Source of the DNA: Orbicella franksi
Lineage: Eukaryota
Reading direction: 5' to 3'
Length of the DNA stretch: 64,000 bases
Assembly (NCBI GenBank): GCA_964199315.1
Contig: OZ116700.1
Coordinates: forward strand, 4,030,001-4,094,000
The stretch's first letter is position 1. The number at the start of each line of letters is the position of its first letter. Below, in pieces: positions 1 to 15,100 of the stretch. The notes beneath the pieces are model-generated. The model saw nothing but the letters and a program-made list of their open reading frames with translations, had not been told where the DNA came from and did no database searches. The translations under genes and the position numbers were made by a program.

Positions 1-457
1 TCTCGAATGTAACAAGATGTTATACTGTCACTTAAGGGCATTCCAGCATTCCACATTGCTTAAAATTTGTCCAAAAGTTAAGATCAACCATTGCCATACT
101 TAAAAATGTACGCCAAGGGTTTCTAATACCCCTTTCACACCAACTGAACGTGTTAAATTAAACCAGGTTTAACAAAATGAGAATCAGCAACAGAAAACTG
201 GTAGACTGCATTTTACATACCATAAAATCCCACCTTAAAGCCCTGGGCTTATATAACTTTGAGTGGGCTTATAAACGGGGGAGGCTTTTATCCGGGGGGC
301 ATATAAGCGGAATAAAAAAAATGTTTCGGAACGACGAAATAAAACGTATCTGAGAAACGAATTAAAGCTAACATGCCATTGGTTTCTTAAGCTCCCTAAT
401 AATTATTAGGAGAGATGTGCTCCATGAACATTCATATCTGTAAAAACTGCAACTCAC

Positions 458-3400
458 TTAAAATGCATGCTCCCACGTTTGTCCCTTTTTTTTCACTGCA
501 TCCTTTTGGGATATGCACTAGCTTGTTGCAGACATTCAGAATGATCCTTACACCAGGGGCGCCACTGACACTAACATTATAATCTTTGTCTTTGTTATAG
601 AGATGGGACAAGTTAAACATGTAACCATACTGCTTGTCCTCCACTGTGCAGTTATTGCCATGTTCTAGAGTCAGTGGACAAGCGCTGGGTGTCTGCCATG
701 AAAACAGGTACTCACACTCTGGAGATTCAGCCACGAAGATAGGAGAGCCCTAGAGCCATGGAAACAGACTTTACACTAAACCTTACCACATACTTTGTTT
801 ATAAAAAACACAACAGGGCTTGCAAAAAACTTAAACTCCAGCTTGCCCTTTGGCAGCTGACAAATTGTGTTGCCCTGGGAAAATTTTAGTTTAACTTTCT
901 TGGACGTAGTTGGAAGACGACTTGCAAGTGAGAATAAAAAGTTACTTGCCCGGCATGAAAATCTACTTATCCAGGACAACCCGGATGACAATTTTTTCAG
1001 CCCTGCCCGTGACCGGCCTTACAAGGTACAAGCTGAGGGGTTGTTATTTCCTTGATACCCTGTAACGAGACATTTTCGAGGCAATCTTCCTTCACCATAT
1101 TTGCGCCTTGTAATCCTATCCCTTACCATAATCTCTGAACACGAGAAAACGATTCTAACGCTCCTGTTGAACTGGTGATGGCATCCACTCCCTCCAGAAT
1201 ACTGCAACGACAGCTCCCCACTGGCTGCTATCTGTGGATTACTCTGCACATATCCCAAGTTGAACCCTCTCTTGGATTTGTGGTCGATCTGACAAGCACC
1301 AATAGCTCCACCAGGACATTTCATGAGTTCTGGGGTTGGATTCACGGAGCGACAAATGTTGATGAAGTAATGAAGGTGTCTGTCCTGTGGTCTGGTATCA
1401 ACTGCTTCCCAGTTACCTTAAAAAGGTGCACACATACATCAAAGTTGCAATCAAATACCACCACTCATTTCCATTTTGGAATTGCCCAGCCTAGTTCAGT
1501 ACCCACTCCTGTATTTTATAATCTCTACTTCTATTATCAAAGTCCTCCCTCAAAGTCTAACATTTCAACACACGATAAATTTAATCTGGTTTCAGGGTCA
1601 CTACCAAAGTTGTGTAAGGTAATTTTTTCAAATTCACTATGTTCTTGTTGCACTCTGGAAGCTAAAAGAAGGCTTATAAAGTTACACGTGGCTTACATGT
1701 GTGCAGGGAGGCTCGTGAATTTACAGGGTTGTCTGGGTTAGCTCGTGAACCTGGCTCCTTAAGCCTTGCAAGCGCCTTCCCTACACTCATCTATTGTTGA
1801 TCAGTTTAAAGCAGAGATGCTCCTGACATTAAGCACCATTTACACTTTTCTTTGAAGGCCCTAACATAATGCTTGCATGGACAACTTGATAAACGCCACC
1901 CAAGCACTGGCCATTTCTTAAAGACTTAGACATTATCACAGCAGCCATTTAGCTTACCATCATGAAGTCCCAAAGGAGTTAAGTCATATGATTTGCCATC
2001 ATGTTCTGACGTCACTGCACACTGAACAGCTGAAGGTGAACACACCAGTGACGTCTGAACATCAAAGAAGTACTTATTTCCCTCCTGCCCACTAAATGCT
2101 GGCTCTCCAAATGGCTTCTTTGGATTGCAGTAGAACTTGATATGAACTTCTCTTTGTTGTCCAGTTTGTTCAAAATTGTCCCCTGCCCTACAAGTTTGTA
2201 TCAAGAAAAAAAAAAAAGAGAAATCACAGGAGGAATGCACACGTAGGCAATGTGTCTGATTTGTCCCCAGGGTAGGGGGGAGGGGCAATTAGACATTACA
2301 TGACCACAGGGTTAGAATTTGACATGGCTACAAAGGCAACCATTTTGAAAGACTGAGACCACACGAAAATACGTTTTACAGTATCTTGAAAACACCCAGA
2401 ACTCACCAAAAGCAAGCTTCACTAGTCTTTTCAAAAGTTAGCACACAGGAAGTTTGAAAAGTATCAGATCTTTCTTCCTGGCAGGATGTTAGTCATCAGA
2501 ATTTACATTCACATATAATGTAACTTACACATCTACTTAATCATTCCATTGAGTTTAAACAAAGGAAAGCATAACAATGAAGGTGATTTAGATATCTGAC
2601 TACAGTCTAACCGCCACTAGCGGCCACCTGTCTATAACAGTCACCTCTAGATAACGGTCACCTTTTTGTCCTGGTGGATGGTTCTAATGGTATACTCACT
2701 CAAATCTTAACCTCTCTACAATGGCCAGTTAATCAACGATTGATGAATGATGTACATAAAACCCCCACATCTTTTATTGTAACAGGCCACCAGACTAGAT
2801 CCATACTGCATGTCGCTGGTCTCTGTTGCTGTTTAGTTTCTGTTTTATGATTGTGTTTCGTGTGTATATGCTACTGACAATAAACATTTTTTTTTAAATG
2901 AAAAAGGCTGCAGAGCCTGTAAAAAAGGTGTCATATTACACCCCTACCTCCCCATAACAGCCACCTCTCTACAACAGCCACTTTCCTCAGTCCCCAGCGT
3001 GGCCGTTGTGGAGAAGTTCGACTGTACAATAAACCAGTTTTGATGTACATGTACCTAAAGTCTAACATGGTGCTGAGACTCAAGGAAGCAACACAAAAGA
3101 AATATCAAAGTCAAGGATTGAACAAATTACATTTAATATATTACAGGGAAGTCTCGAGGTGAAAGCCAAGCTTTCCGATTGTTTTTTTTTCTTGGTTGGG
3201 ATTTTGTCATACAGACCATTTCCTAGGAAATGGTCCTAAGAAGTGTATTTTTTGTTTTCGAGTATCTTATGTATTTAATATAATTATAGACTACATACTA
3301 ACTTAGCTTAAGCTGTACTGTGGAATGCTTGCCCCATGCTGTCACAATTTTTGTTAGTGTGAGATTAGCGTTTCTCTTGTTTTAGTCCCCTGAGACTTGG

Positions 3401-5536
3401 CACCACAATAGAATTTTGATATTCGTAATTTCATGTTAAATAGTCTATTACAGTGAGCCCTGATTTTTTGATATGGCAAGAGGACAGCAAAATCATATTC
3501 TTAAATCAGGATATATTGTAAACAAACTCCTAATTTAATGATTTGGCCACATAGGAAGTAATAATTTCACTATATGAGGATATGGTCAATAATTAATTTT
3601 TCCAAGTGCAATCACTAAAATCAGTAAGTCTCCGCATATGATACCTGCCAGTGTATGTATTTTATTTACAGTAATTGCAATGGGCAAATGAATCACAAAT
3701 GCAAAGTATTACTGTAACTAAATCAAACTTTGGGTACTTGCTAGGTGTTTGTCACTCTTTTGCAAGAACGTGACATTGCTTATATCATTGTCACAGGAAA
3801 CTTTATGCTTGCGCCACCAGATTTCCATCGTTATCTTGGGAATACAGTTGAACTGAATATTGTTACATGGGGATTTGATCTGCTCAATACAAATTACTGT
3901 AACTTTTCCTGGGACACCAAATGCTGATCATTAAATTGGGATCTGGACGTTTAAATCGACGATCGTAACATCCAGGTTCCACTGTAGTGGTACATATCCT
4001 TTTCTGGTTTTATTTCTTTACTTATCCCTAAGTTCAATAGACATTTCCAAACACCTTGAATTTTGACAAAAAATATGCTACTGCCATTTCTTGCCATTCG
4101 GGAATGTGACAGCCACCCTTTGCCCTCAACTTACAATAAAGAATTGCTCTGCAATTCCTCATGGAACCAGTTCAAATTGCACATCTTACCTGTACACAAG
4201 AGTGACAATTTCACCCTTGTATTCCAGGTGCTTGTTTGCCTTTCCAAGGACAATTTTTTTTCCATTCTTAGTCAGACAGGCCCCAATGCCATCCGTTTCC
4301 TTTCCACATGCAGAAACTGGGCCACAGATGTTAAGCTCGAACGTTCCTTGTTCTTTGTTGTCAGTCATATTTCCACTGTACACAAGGTTGTTTCTCTTCA
4401 ACAAGGGGAGTAGGTTAAATGTCGTGTAAGACTTAGGATCCTTTACAGCACAGTTGCTACCCTCAACATTTTTGATTGCACAGGCAGCTGCGGTTTGCCA
4501 CTCGAACTTGAATGTGCAGCCAATAGTCTCAGTAAACTTAGGAGAAGAGCCCTGTGAAGGCATAACATGCATGTCATGGGTCTCACGTTACACTGTACAC
4601 TGTGCGTCAATGGATGAATCTATGAGATGAATTTCCTTCATCCTAATCATTTCCTAATCTACATTGTACCCATAAATCCAATGCCAGAAGCTCATTGAAT
4701 AATTATATTGCATTGAAATAACAATATCGTTTCAAGTGTAACAGAGAGGAAAATTCCATAACTGAAAATTTGTAATCAGTTGAATGAATAATTTACTTTT
4801 TCAGCACGTTGCATAATCACAATGTATACGTAGGAGGCAGAGTGGCCAAGTGGTTAGGGTGCCAGAGTTGAAATCTGGAGGTCAGGGACCAACAGCTGGT
4901 GTTGTTCTCTGTAGTACCGAGTTCAACTCCCCGGTCACGCTTGTAAATAGCCAATTAGTACACCTCCTGCCAGTTGGGATTCTCAACCATGTTGTGGTCA
5001 TTTACATTGTATTATTTTGTTTAATCATTTGTTTCCAATAGCCCTGAAAAACCCCATTGGGGAAGTGGTTCATTATGATATTTTTATTATTTTTTTATGC
5101 GAGTAATGCCTACAACTTTCCTGTTAACTTACTGCCGAAATTCTCTTAATCAGCATTTTATTTTATCACATTGTGGAACATGCTACAAAATGCAGTCACC
5201 TGCTTACAAAAGCAATGGCAGAGAGCCTGGAGCAATTCAAAAGATGTAAGCTGTACACCTCCCACTTATCCATTAGCATGTGAATTTAAACAAACCTCAA
5301 GCATAGAAAAAATCAAGAAACTGATAACAATTATAATTATAATTATTGCAAAGCATTGAAATGTACATCATGCATTGGTCACTCCCACATCTTACTATCG
5401 CTAGTAATTCTATAAAACATAAAACAAGTAGAATTTACGAAATCTCTTGGAGTACATATAGATGAAAACTTAACTTGGAACGTACATATCAAACATATTT
5501 CCAAAAAATTTGCCTCCTGCTTTGGCATCATGAAGC

Positions 5537-5570
<34 letters not shown>

Positions 5571-6038
5571 ATGCATCTATAATGCTTTAGTTCAACCTCA
5601 TTTTGATTACTGTAGTGTCATATGGGGGAATTGCAATAAATCTGTTTCCATTAAACTACAAAAACTACAGAATCGTGCTGCGCGTATTTTGACCTCTTCT
5701 TCACATGATGCCAATGCAGATGACGGAAACTTAATCTTCAGCAAGAATTAAAAACAGCCCCTACGGTCTATAAATCTCTAAATGGTCTCGCCCCTGATTA
5801 TCTGAAATCAATGTTTACTGATCGGAGTGCAATATCTACCTATTCTCTTAGGAATTGTGAGGGCAAACTAGTTGTTCCACTACCCTACACCAATTTTCCA
5901 AACAACAGTTTCAGCTATAGTGCGGTGCTGTGGAACAGGTTATCTACCAATCTGCAGCAAGTACAAACTCTTGCTAGTTTTAAATCTGGCTGCAGGGGTT
6001 TCCTCTTTGATAATGAATATGTTAATTAATCACACAGT

Positions 6039-6073
<35 letters not shown>

Positions 6074-6133
6074 TTTTTGTTGTTATTAGATTTAATTAGT
6101 AGTAGATTAGTATCTTAAAAATGTAATTAATAC

Positions 6134-6166
<33 letters not shown>

Positions 6167-9100
6167 ACCCATGTATAAATAAATAAATAATTAATAAATA
6201 AATAAATAAATAAAGATAAATGGTAAATCCCTTGGCCATGAACCATTCTGTTTGGACCTTGTTGGGCCCAGGCTACTCGCCAAGATCAAAAACCACAGAT
6301 TACCCACTTGACCTTCCTCCTGTCACTCAACAATCGCTTAGTTCAAATTTCACAGTACACTGAGTTGCTTAATTATTAGGTTTACAACTAACTGCATGAA
6401 AATCAGCATGGAAGATGATTACAAGAAAAACTCACCATTAATCCTTGATTGCAGATGAAAGTTATTTTTGATTCATAGCGCTGCTTGTCATTACATTTGT
6501 CCCCATTAACGTACGTTATGACGATGTTCTTGCCTTCAAAATGTGGTGCATCTGCTACAGCACCTACAAGAATTGAGAAAAACAAGTTCCACAGGGAATG
6601 TTACTGTACTAGAATAAGATGCTAAAACCTCTCTAAACTGTAATTAATCAAAGTCAAAGATATGATATGAGACAGTATGGTTCAAAATCTAGAATTTGTT
6701 AACCTAATTATAATGACTTGAAATTGCAGTAAAAAATAAGATGATGACAAGTGGACAGTTTATTGCTTGTATAGAAACAACTACTGGTAATACAACTATT
6801 AGTATAAGTAGAATGCTGAGTACTGCGTGAACATACCATAATGATTCAGTTTAGTGCTCTCCTTCCAAATGGTTACTGTCAATTGTTCACAACAGAAACC
6901 TGACAAATGATGGCAGTAACAAGTAGTCACTTACCTAAGTTAAAGGTCCTGCCATCTTTCTTCATGCAGATGGCAGCAGTTCCACTACAGCCTGATACCA
7001 AAGGTCCAAGATTCAGTGAACGACAAACATTGATGTAAAACTTTCTGCCATCACTTTGAGCTTGCCAGTTATCTTTTGTCCTCACCAAACTCGTCAAGTT
7101 ATACTGATGAGCTTCTGACCTGGCTACACATTCAGTGAGCTGTAAAAGGATGCCAAGATTAAAATCTTAGTTGCTACATGTACCAACACAAAAGTCCAAC
7201 CTGAATCAAGTGACTCTGTATAACTGTAAACTTGACCTCTTATAAGCAGACACCACTATTAAGCAGATACAATCACTTTAAATTTGCCTCACCGAATGTA
7301 TTTTCATTGTCTTGACAACCATTTACACTCTAGTTCATACATGGAGCCATACCACATTTTTGTTCATATATGGCCAAGCTAGTGGTCAAACTACTTCAAA
7401 TCATTCCTTTTCACAAATTGGAGAAGGAGGTATTAAAATTAGTAATGTATTTAACTTTTAAATTGATTGGGTCTTCCTTCTTAATATCAAATTCTCAATT
7501 CATGAAAAGATGACACGATTGCTGACTGCACAGTAAGAGGCATACTGTATGTTAGTCACTTTTAAAACTTAATATTACTTTGTGAAAGAAAATGGATGAG
7601 CATTCAGTGAAATCTTGAGAGCATCGCATTCTCTTTAGGGTTTGGGGAAAGAGAGGGGTGTGATCAGTTGATTTTCAGTAGTTGTACATGTAAGAAAAAG
7701 AAAGGTTGAAATTTAAATGTGATAAAGATAAATCTGGGACATTTTGGAGTTAAGAAATGTCTTATAGCTTCAAAACACCTTTTGACTGGTACTGTATGGT
7801 CCTACAAAGTGTTAAACAAAAAGAAAAATGTGGATTAAAATACACCTTACTGAGTTAGAAGTTGTTAGCAGAAAGAAACTAGTTACAGAAGTCTAGTGAC
7901 TGGTTGTGCCATGACTCTGGCCTGATGAGCCATAAAATCATTGCTTGACTAACCTTTGCAGGACACGCATATTTTGTGAACCATCTAAAGTTGTACACAC
8001 AGTGATTCTCCTTCTCATACTCTGGCACTCCTATTCCATTATTATCTGCTGAAGAATTGCAGAGGAAGGTAATGTGCGTGGTGCGAGAAACGCCATTGTG
8101 ACAGCGTGTTCCATGACCATATGTTAAATTAAGCATTCCATCATAGTAATACAACATGTTATTTGGTTGACCAAGGGTCCAGTTTTGCTTGGGGTTTCTC
8201 TTTTTAATTTGGCATGAACCAACATTTGAACCAACGCAGCCTGTTTTGCTGCTTCCTCCACACACCTGTGATCACAGAAAAATACAAGTGCACATAATTA
8301 AAAGGCATTTGATAGTTTGCTTATCTCGGAGCTCTACTTCAGCAATGATGTACTGCAACAGTGTAGATGGGATATCGTCATGTAGTTACTTGTTTACACT
8401 GACAGGAAAGTTAGAAAGTCATTAGTGTAGATAAACCACTTTTTTTGATACCTGAGTTTATTATATGGCTAGCTCTGTGAGCAGGCAAGATGAATCAAAT
8501 CCCGTGCTGTGACTGGCTAGCCGAGCAGGAAAGATGGAGCTATCTTGCCCGCTCAGGACTAACCGCTGTGTCCTGCAAGAAAAATTTCTCCCAAAGCCAT
8601 ATAATAAATCCTTTATTGACCAAGCTTGTTTGGTCAAAATGGCTGGATATTGACCTTGGTCTTTTTTTGCAAGTTTATGCACCTTGACTCCATCTCGGTC
8701 CATAAACATGCAAAAAAAAGAACTTGGCCAATATCCAGCCATCTTGAACTCACACTTGCTCAATAACCCATACATATTGAGCATTAGTACACGAACAAAA
8801 AATAAACTATTAAAGGCCTCTACCACATGGAAAACAACCCATCAATAATTTTCTTTACTTCACATGTGGTCACACAGCCATGAATAGAAATTAATCTTCA
8901 AAGGTTATTCCAGTGTAGATTGTCAAAAGCTACAGTTGGCTGTAGATGAATCTCTGTTACTTCGTACTTCAAACAAAATAACAAATTTGGAATGATTTTT
9001 CAAGCAACATTTCTAGATTTATGATTGAAGGACAAGTAGGTGTGAAAATTTTGTGGGAGGGGGCTAAATCAACATCAAGAGAAATCAGCAAGTGAGAAGT

Positions 9101-12100
9101 GCCTGATAGATACATGCATGGTAAGATTATGAAAGAGCAACAAAAAATTAGATTTTCTTAGACTTGTCACAAGTTTAGTTTCTATTCTGTAATGGTCAAT
9201 ATCTGTCTATTACAGATTATCAATATTTAATGGCCAAAACAACTGAATGAGATCCAGTCTGGAGACTGGAAAATACCATCCCTGAACATCCCAGAGAGTT
9301 TTTAAAGAAGCTCAGCCACCGTTTGCACATTTTGAAAAGTTTAGCCTAAATATTTCAAATTTGTTGTTAGCAATCTGATTCAATCTTTGCCATCCTTGAC
9401 CATCCTTGTTCCTTTATGGTTTATTATTATCTCTTTGATGTTTTTCTATCTTAGTAAACTATTATTTTCAGCTTTCCTTCCATTTAATGGAGATTTTGTA
9501 CATGGCCAAAAAAAGATGAAACACCATGACTGAGCTCCTTTACGCATGCATATACCATGTACATGTATAATACTAGTTTTAACATGTACAGTACACTACA
9601 TACACTAGTTTTAACAAACGGTCCACACACTAGTGAGACAAACTCAACTTGGTTTAGTGCAATTTGAAACTTGATGACACGGATGTCTCCTAAACATGAG
9701 CCCTCACCTTCAACTGAAACTTGTATTGAGAAGTACCATTTACAGTGTAAAAATCATCCTTGCCCCATTTATGTGTGGCCAAAGGAGTCAAGTCAAACAC
9801 ATAACCAGCATTTTTATCTTCCACCTTGCAATCTTGCCCAAAATTTAGACCCAGCGAACATGCAGCAGCTGTTTACAGGTCATTTAAAAAACAGAAAGGT
9901 CAGTAATGTATAACACAAGGCATGTGCAACAACAAAATAATTACTAAACTGATCACTGTTCTGTGGAATCACTTGGACTCTCAACTGAGGTTTTACCAAT
10001 GAGCCCAAATCTTCCCATGCTCAGATTGTTTTGATAAATGACCAACTGAAGGGGTGTGCGGAAAAAGACCCTTAGCGACATCTGATAGACTGCAAGATTC
10101 CCCTAGCAAATTGCTTTCCGCTTACTTCAATGAAAAAAGGAGAATTTGACATGAGATCAAGAGTCACTTAGGGCTTTTTTCCATGCACCCCTTCAACTAA
10201 TGTCAGAAACCGGGTGGAGTGTTGCTGCACTTGTTTAGGAGGTAAAATGTTTTGAGCCTGTACTGTTCTAAAAGCTTTAATAACTAACGGGGTAAAGAGC
10301 ACCTCAGTACCTGACTTCCACATAAACTGATACTGGCAGTCATCTGCTGTATGAGACACTAGCACAGGAGGACTCTCCAAATCCCCTGGTTGACACACAA
10401 ATGTTATTGTAGAGTTTCTTGTGATACTTTTCCCCTTGTCCTTCTTGCATTCACTACCCTGGGTATAGACCAGTTTAATAGAGTTGTCTTGATTCAGGGT
10501 TGGTCGATCAGTGTACTTCCCAAGACTTACCACCTTCCCCTTGTCAATCATACAGATAGCAGATCCGCTATCACACTGGCTTGTCTCTTTACGAGGCATT
10601 AACTGACCACAGACATTGATGAAAATCAACTTGTTAGAGTTGCTGCTCTCTCCATCTAGGGCAACCCAGTTGGAAGCATTTTCCATGCGCACAAGTTCTG
10701 AGAGATCATATCGGACACCAGAGGCACTTTCTACTCGACAGGCTGTCCCAGTGCGCCGACTAGGTGGACAGGCATATTTTGTAGTCCACGAAAAAAAGTA
10801 AAAACAATAGCTCTCAGTGAGAAAAACAGGCTCTCCTTTGCCAGCATGATAATCACATTTAAACAAAATAACAGTTGTTCTGTTGAGTCCATTACTGCAA
10901 CTTGTGCCATGGTCGTAAGTTAATGTAAGCTGGCCATCTGCATATTGCATTTTCTGTGTTGATATATCTCCCAGTGACCATCTCAAATGAGAATCATATT
11001 CCTGGCACACTGTAGATTTGATTCCTGACAGCCAACAAGAAAACAATGTTATAACAATCTCTGAGAGTGTTGCTTAACATAGAGTGTAACCCAAACATTC
11101 CATATGCTAATATTGATAACATATTAACTTAATCCAAGAAGTTTGGTTTTACAGCTATGATCACTGTCATAAAGACATTAATTTTATAACTTCAGGGCAT
11201 CCCATCATTAAAACTTCTGTTATCCTGCATCACATGTCCATTTTTACTCTCATCTCGCATCCTGCCAAACGCATGTTGGACCCTCTTATTAATAACTGGA
11301 AAGTTTCTAACAGAAAGGAAAATCAATGTCTTTATTTGATCGTTCATTTCCAGAAAATATCCATACTCCCCCCACGGAAGGGATTGGAATTTCCTGGGGG
11401 GGTGGGGGGTTCCGTAAGACCAAAAAAATTAAAGAAATGCATGAAGCTCAATTGGAATTTCCAGAGGGGTTGGGGCAGGGGGGGGGGACTTAAAAAAATT
11501 CCCTTCCGTGGGGGAGGTATGGATATTTTCTGGAACTACACATTTTCAAATTATTCCAGTTGCTGCATAGCTTTGTGATTGGCTCCAACAAGTCAATGAG
11601 CAATAAAAGCGGCAAATGATGTAAACTGTGTAAAATGCAAAAAGCATTTTCACATAAAATTGGGCTACATTGTAAGTATATTCAGTGCAGATGCTTCAAC
11701 ATATCATATTGTTACGCTAGATTTGTGGGTCTTCTGTATTTAATAGTTGAACAGTAAAGAGTACAGTATGTAAAGAAAAATGGAGTCAAACATGTTCAAT
11801 CAATCACAAGTGGTTTAAACACCCTTCAAGAAAACATGAGCGAAGCTTTACTTCTATTTAACTATACATTTTTGTAGATGTTTTATGAGTTCAATACATG
11901 TAATTCTATCACATAATAGTTGACAAGGGCATAGCTGAGGCAACTATCACGCACAGAAATTGAGAGTGAATAATCTAATTGTTTTAGTATAAATCTAGTA
12001 GTCGTTCAAAACTTTGTCTAAATCCTGTTTACAGACACTTTGAAAATGCAAAGAAGTGGCCATCATTTTGTTAACAACTGCACATTGTTAGGCTACGCAC

Positions 12101-15100
12101 CATCCACATGTACAAAAGAATAGATGGTGAGTGGCATAGCCAATAAAATATTACAGAGAATGACATTAGAGAATGATACAATGATACAATGATACAATGA
12201 TACAATGATACAATGTTTGTAGATTTATACTAAAACTTGATAGAAACACAGAGGTAGCATGGGCTGTTGATGTAATTACACATATGGTGAGAACAAATCA
12301 AAGAGGATCTAAATTTTGCCAATCAAAAGAAAAGATTGGTTTTCCTTTCTTTTTCTCACATTATAGAAAGGATTTTCTCTCTGTTTCTTTTGGGGTATAG
12401 AAACACTGATAACAATTAATTTGGGTGAACTAAAAAACACTCCCCTTATGTGTCATCTATAACTTGTTAGTATAAATCTACTAGCATTTGTGCATGAATG
12501 CCGCTCTCTTATTGGCTACGCTACACACTATCTATTATGTTGTAGATAGTCAGTAACCCAGCAGTGGCTGTGGCTGCTTCTTTGCATTTTCAAAGTGTAT
12601 CTGAAGACGAATTAGATAAAGTTTTGAATAACTAGATTTATACTGAAACAATTACACAATGTAGCCTATTTACTTTCAACTTCTATGCGAGATAGTTGAT
12701 TCCGACTGCATTCTCTTCAACTACATGTATAACACATTAGAAATCTTGAGCTTATAATCTAATAATTGTTAAATAGAAACTGGGAAAGTGTTTTCTATTT
12801 CCTCAATCAAATATAATGTCCATGACACAAACCTCCACAAAGATAAACAAGTGCTTGACAAACGTTGATGTAATAATGATAATGGGTTGTTTTGCCTTGC
12901 GAATCAACGTCATCATGCTTTATCATGTAAGGGGTGAGTCTGGCATTAGTGAGCGGCGTCAAGTCGAAGTTAACAAATTCATTCCTCAGCACACAGCTAT
13001 TTGTAGACATGACACTGGACTGTGGGCAAGCAAAGTCTGTCTCCCAGAGAACTTCAAATGCACAGTCATCAGCAGCTGTCAACAATGGGCCTTTATCACC
13101 CTGAAATAAAGATATATGCATCCAGTTTATACTGTGCTTAAGGAATATCATGGTGGTCCACTGGAGTGCCTTAATTGGCTCCAGATTGATAGATATGGGT
13201 TAGACACCTGACACAATTCACCAGAGCTGGCATTAAGGGCTGTAACCCATAACATCTGTTACAGCTGAGTATACTTAATTTTCCCTTGATCTACAGGTTT
13301 AATTGCCTGTTGTTGACAGAATTCACCCACAAAGTAACAAGACTTTTACCAATCATATACATCTGTACATGTAATCCTTCAATCCAAGCTAAAAATGTTC
13401 TTCAAACATTACAATCTCCATGAGCATGTTTGCATTGCTTACTTACCATTTGTTTTGGGCACTTGAAGGTTATGGTAGTTACAGGTAAGCAGCTGTCAAC
13501 TTTTTGCATTGTGTTGTAAACAAGGATAATATCATTTTGTGGTGAGAATCGGAGATTACTGGCGTAATTGATATTTCCCAAATCGTTTGTTGTTTGAAGC
13601 TTTTTGTCTATTCTGCACATAGAACTGTTTGCGGGACAGTCTTGAGTGTCGCCAGTCTTTTCAGCAGTTATTCCTCTGCAAACGTTGATGTGAAAATCAA
13701 AATTTGAAATTGAAGAAGAGACCTCATGTCCACCTGTGACAAAGAAATTAAAGTGTTTGTGACTTAACTTAACATTAAGTATGTTGCACTTATTTACTGA
13801 GGAAAAGGGCCAGAAAGGAAAACATTTGGCATAGTGTCATAGTATGTAGAGCACAGCAATTGACAAACTGATGATAAAGACTAGATATGTTCCCCATATT
13901 AATATACCCTGACCTAACATGGGTAGTAAATGTGTTAGAAAGGTTTTTTGAAGAAACACTGTAAGATCAAAACCAGAGAAATCAAAAGCAACTGACTCTG
14001 AAATTTTGAGCTTGAAAATTCTGTCATGAGGACGGTTGTAATTGTTTGCTATTGATTCCCCTACTCTTTATCTTAAAAATAAAATTGTGTTACAATGGTG
14101 CATCTGTGGGAGCTCTGAGTTTATTTACTCAATGCACCAATTGAAATTAAATACTTCAGCACCATACTTATCTTTGAAAGATCTACTCATTGAAACTAAA
14201 AACTGACACACTGTGCTCTTTGGGTATGTAGGATTTACTTGACTGAAACCCTGTCCAAATATTTGGAGATCAAACATGATCAAACACTGTTTGGTGACTA
14301 AACATGCTGATGTCGTACTGAGTGGCTAAACGGTATCAAACATGTTTAATCACAGTCCAAACGAACAAAATATTTTACAGTGTTTGATCAAATGTTCAAT
14401 GTTCAATGTTTTAGTCACCAAACAGTGTTACAGTGTTACTTTTACAGAGTTATACTTTCACTGTAAACATGATACAAGTAACCTCCTTTGGGTCCTGCTG
14501 TTTGTCAGTGTGTGGGTTTATCTGCTTGTACATATATGTGTTGTAGGAGGTGAGGTGGCCTCATGTTTTATTAGTGCATGCGACTCTGGATTGAGCAGTC
14601 CAGATTCAAGCTGTGGCCGGGGGATTTGTGTTGTGTTAACTTCTTGGGCAATGGACTTTATTCTCTCAGTGCCTCTCTCCACTCAGGTGTATAAAAGGGT
14701 ATCAGCAAATTTAATGCTGGGGTAACCCTGCCATGGACTGACATCCCATCCAGAAGGGAGTAGAAATACTCCCAGTTGCTTCCTGTTACGAAAACCAGGA
14801 TAAGCTCTGGCCTGATTGTCCACTTGGCTCATTTGCATACGTTACCTTTACAAATACATATAAGAAAAACAAAAATATACTTAACATTGATTCATCCTCT
14901 GCACAATATTGATACCGTACCTTTCAGTTTAATTAGAGGTGTAAGATCCCTCAGTTTGTTGTCCTTTCCATACAGTGAACATGGTATCTCAGGTATCTTG
15001 GACGGTATCTTGCAAGCCTCATTTGTGACAAACTCAAAGTTTGCCACACAAAGACTGCCTGCCACAGAGACATCCACAAACTGAGGTGATCCCTAAAGTT

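Noticed and set aside
1175-1741. 188-aa plus-strand ORF
   Set aside because: Antisense shadow of IGF2R exon 1127-1416 running into intron; no recognisable motif.
3730-3990. Possible extra IGF2R exon
   Set aside because: Frames following the candidate acceptor hit stops, and exon 4190-4551 joins 1958-2187 in phase without it.
10168-10310. C-terminal extension of the 292-aa ORF (TEVLFTPL...)
   Set aside because: Read-through past the donor at 10310; the MRH repeat continues in exon 9708-9868.
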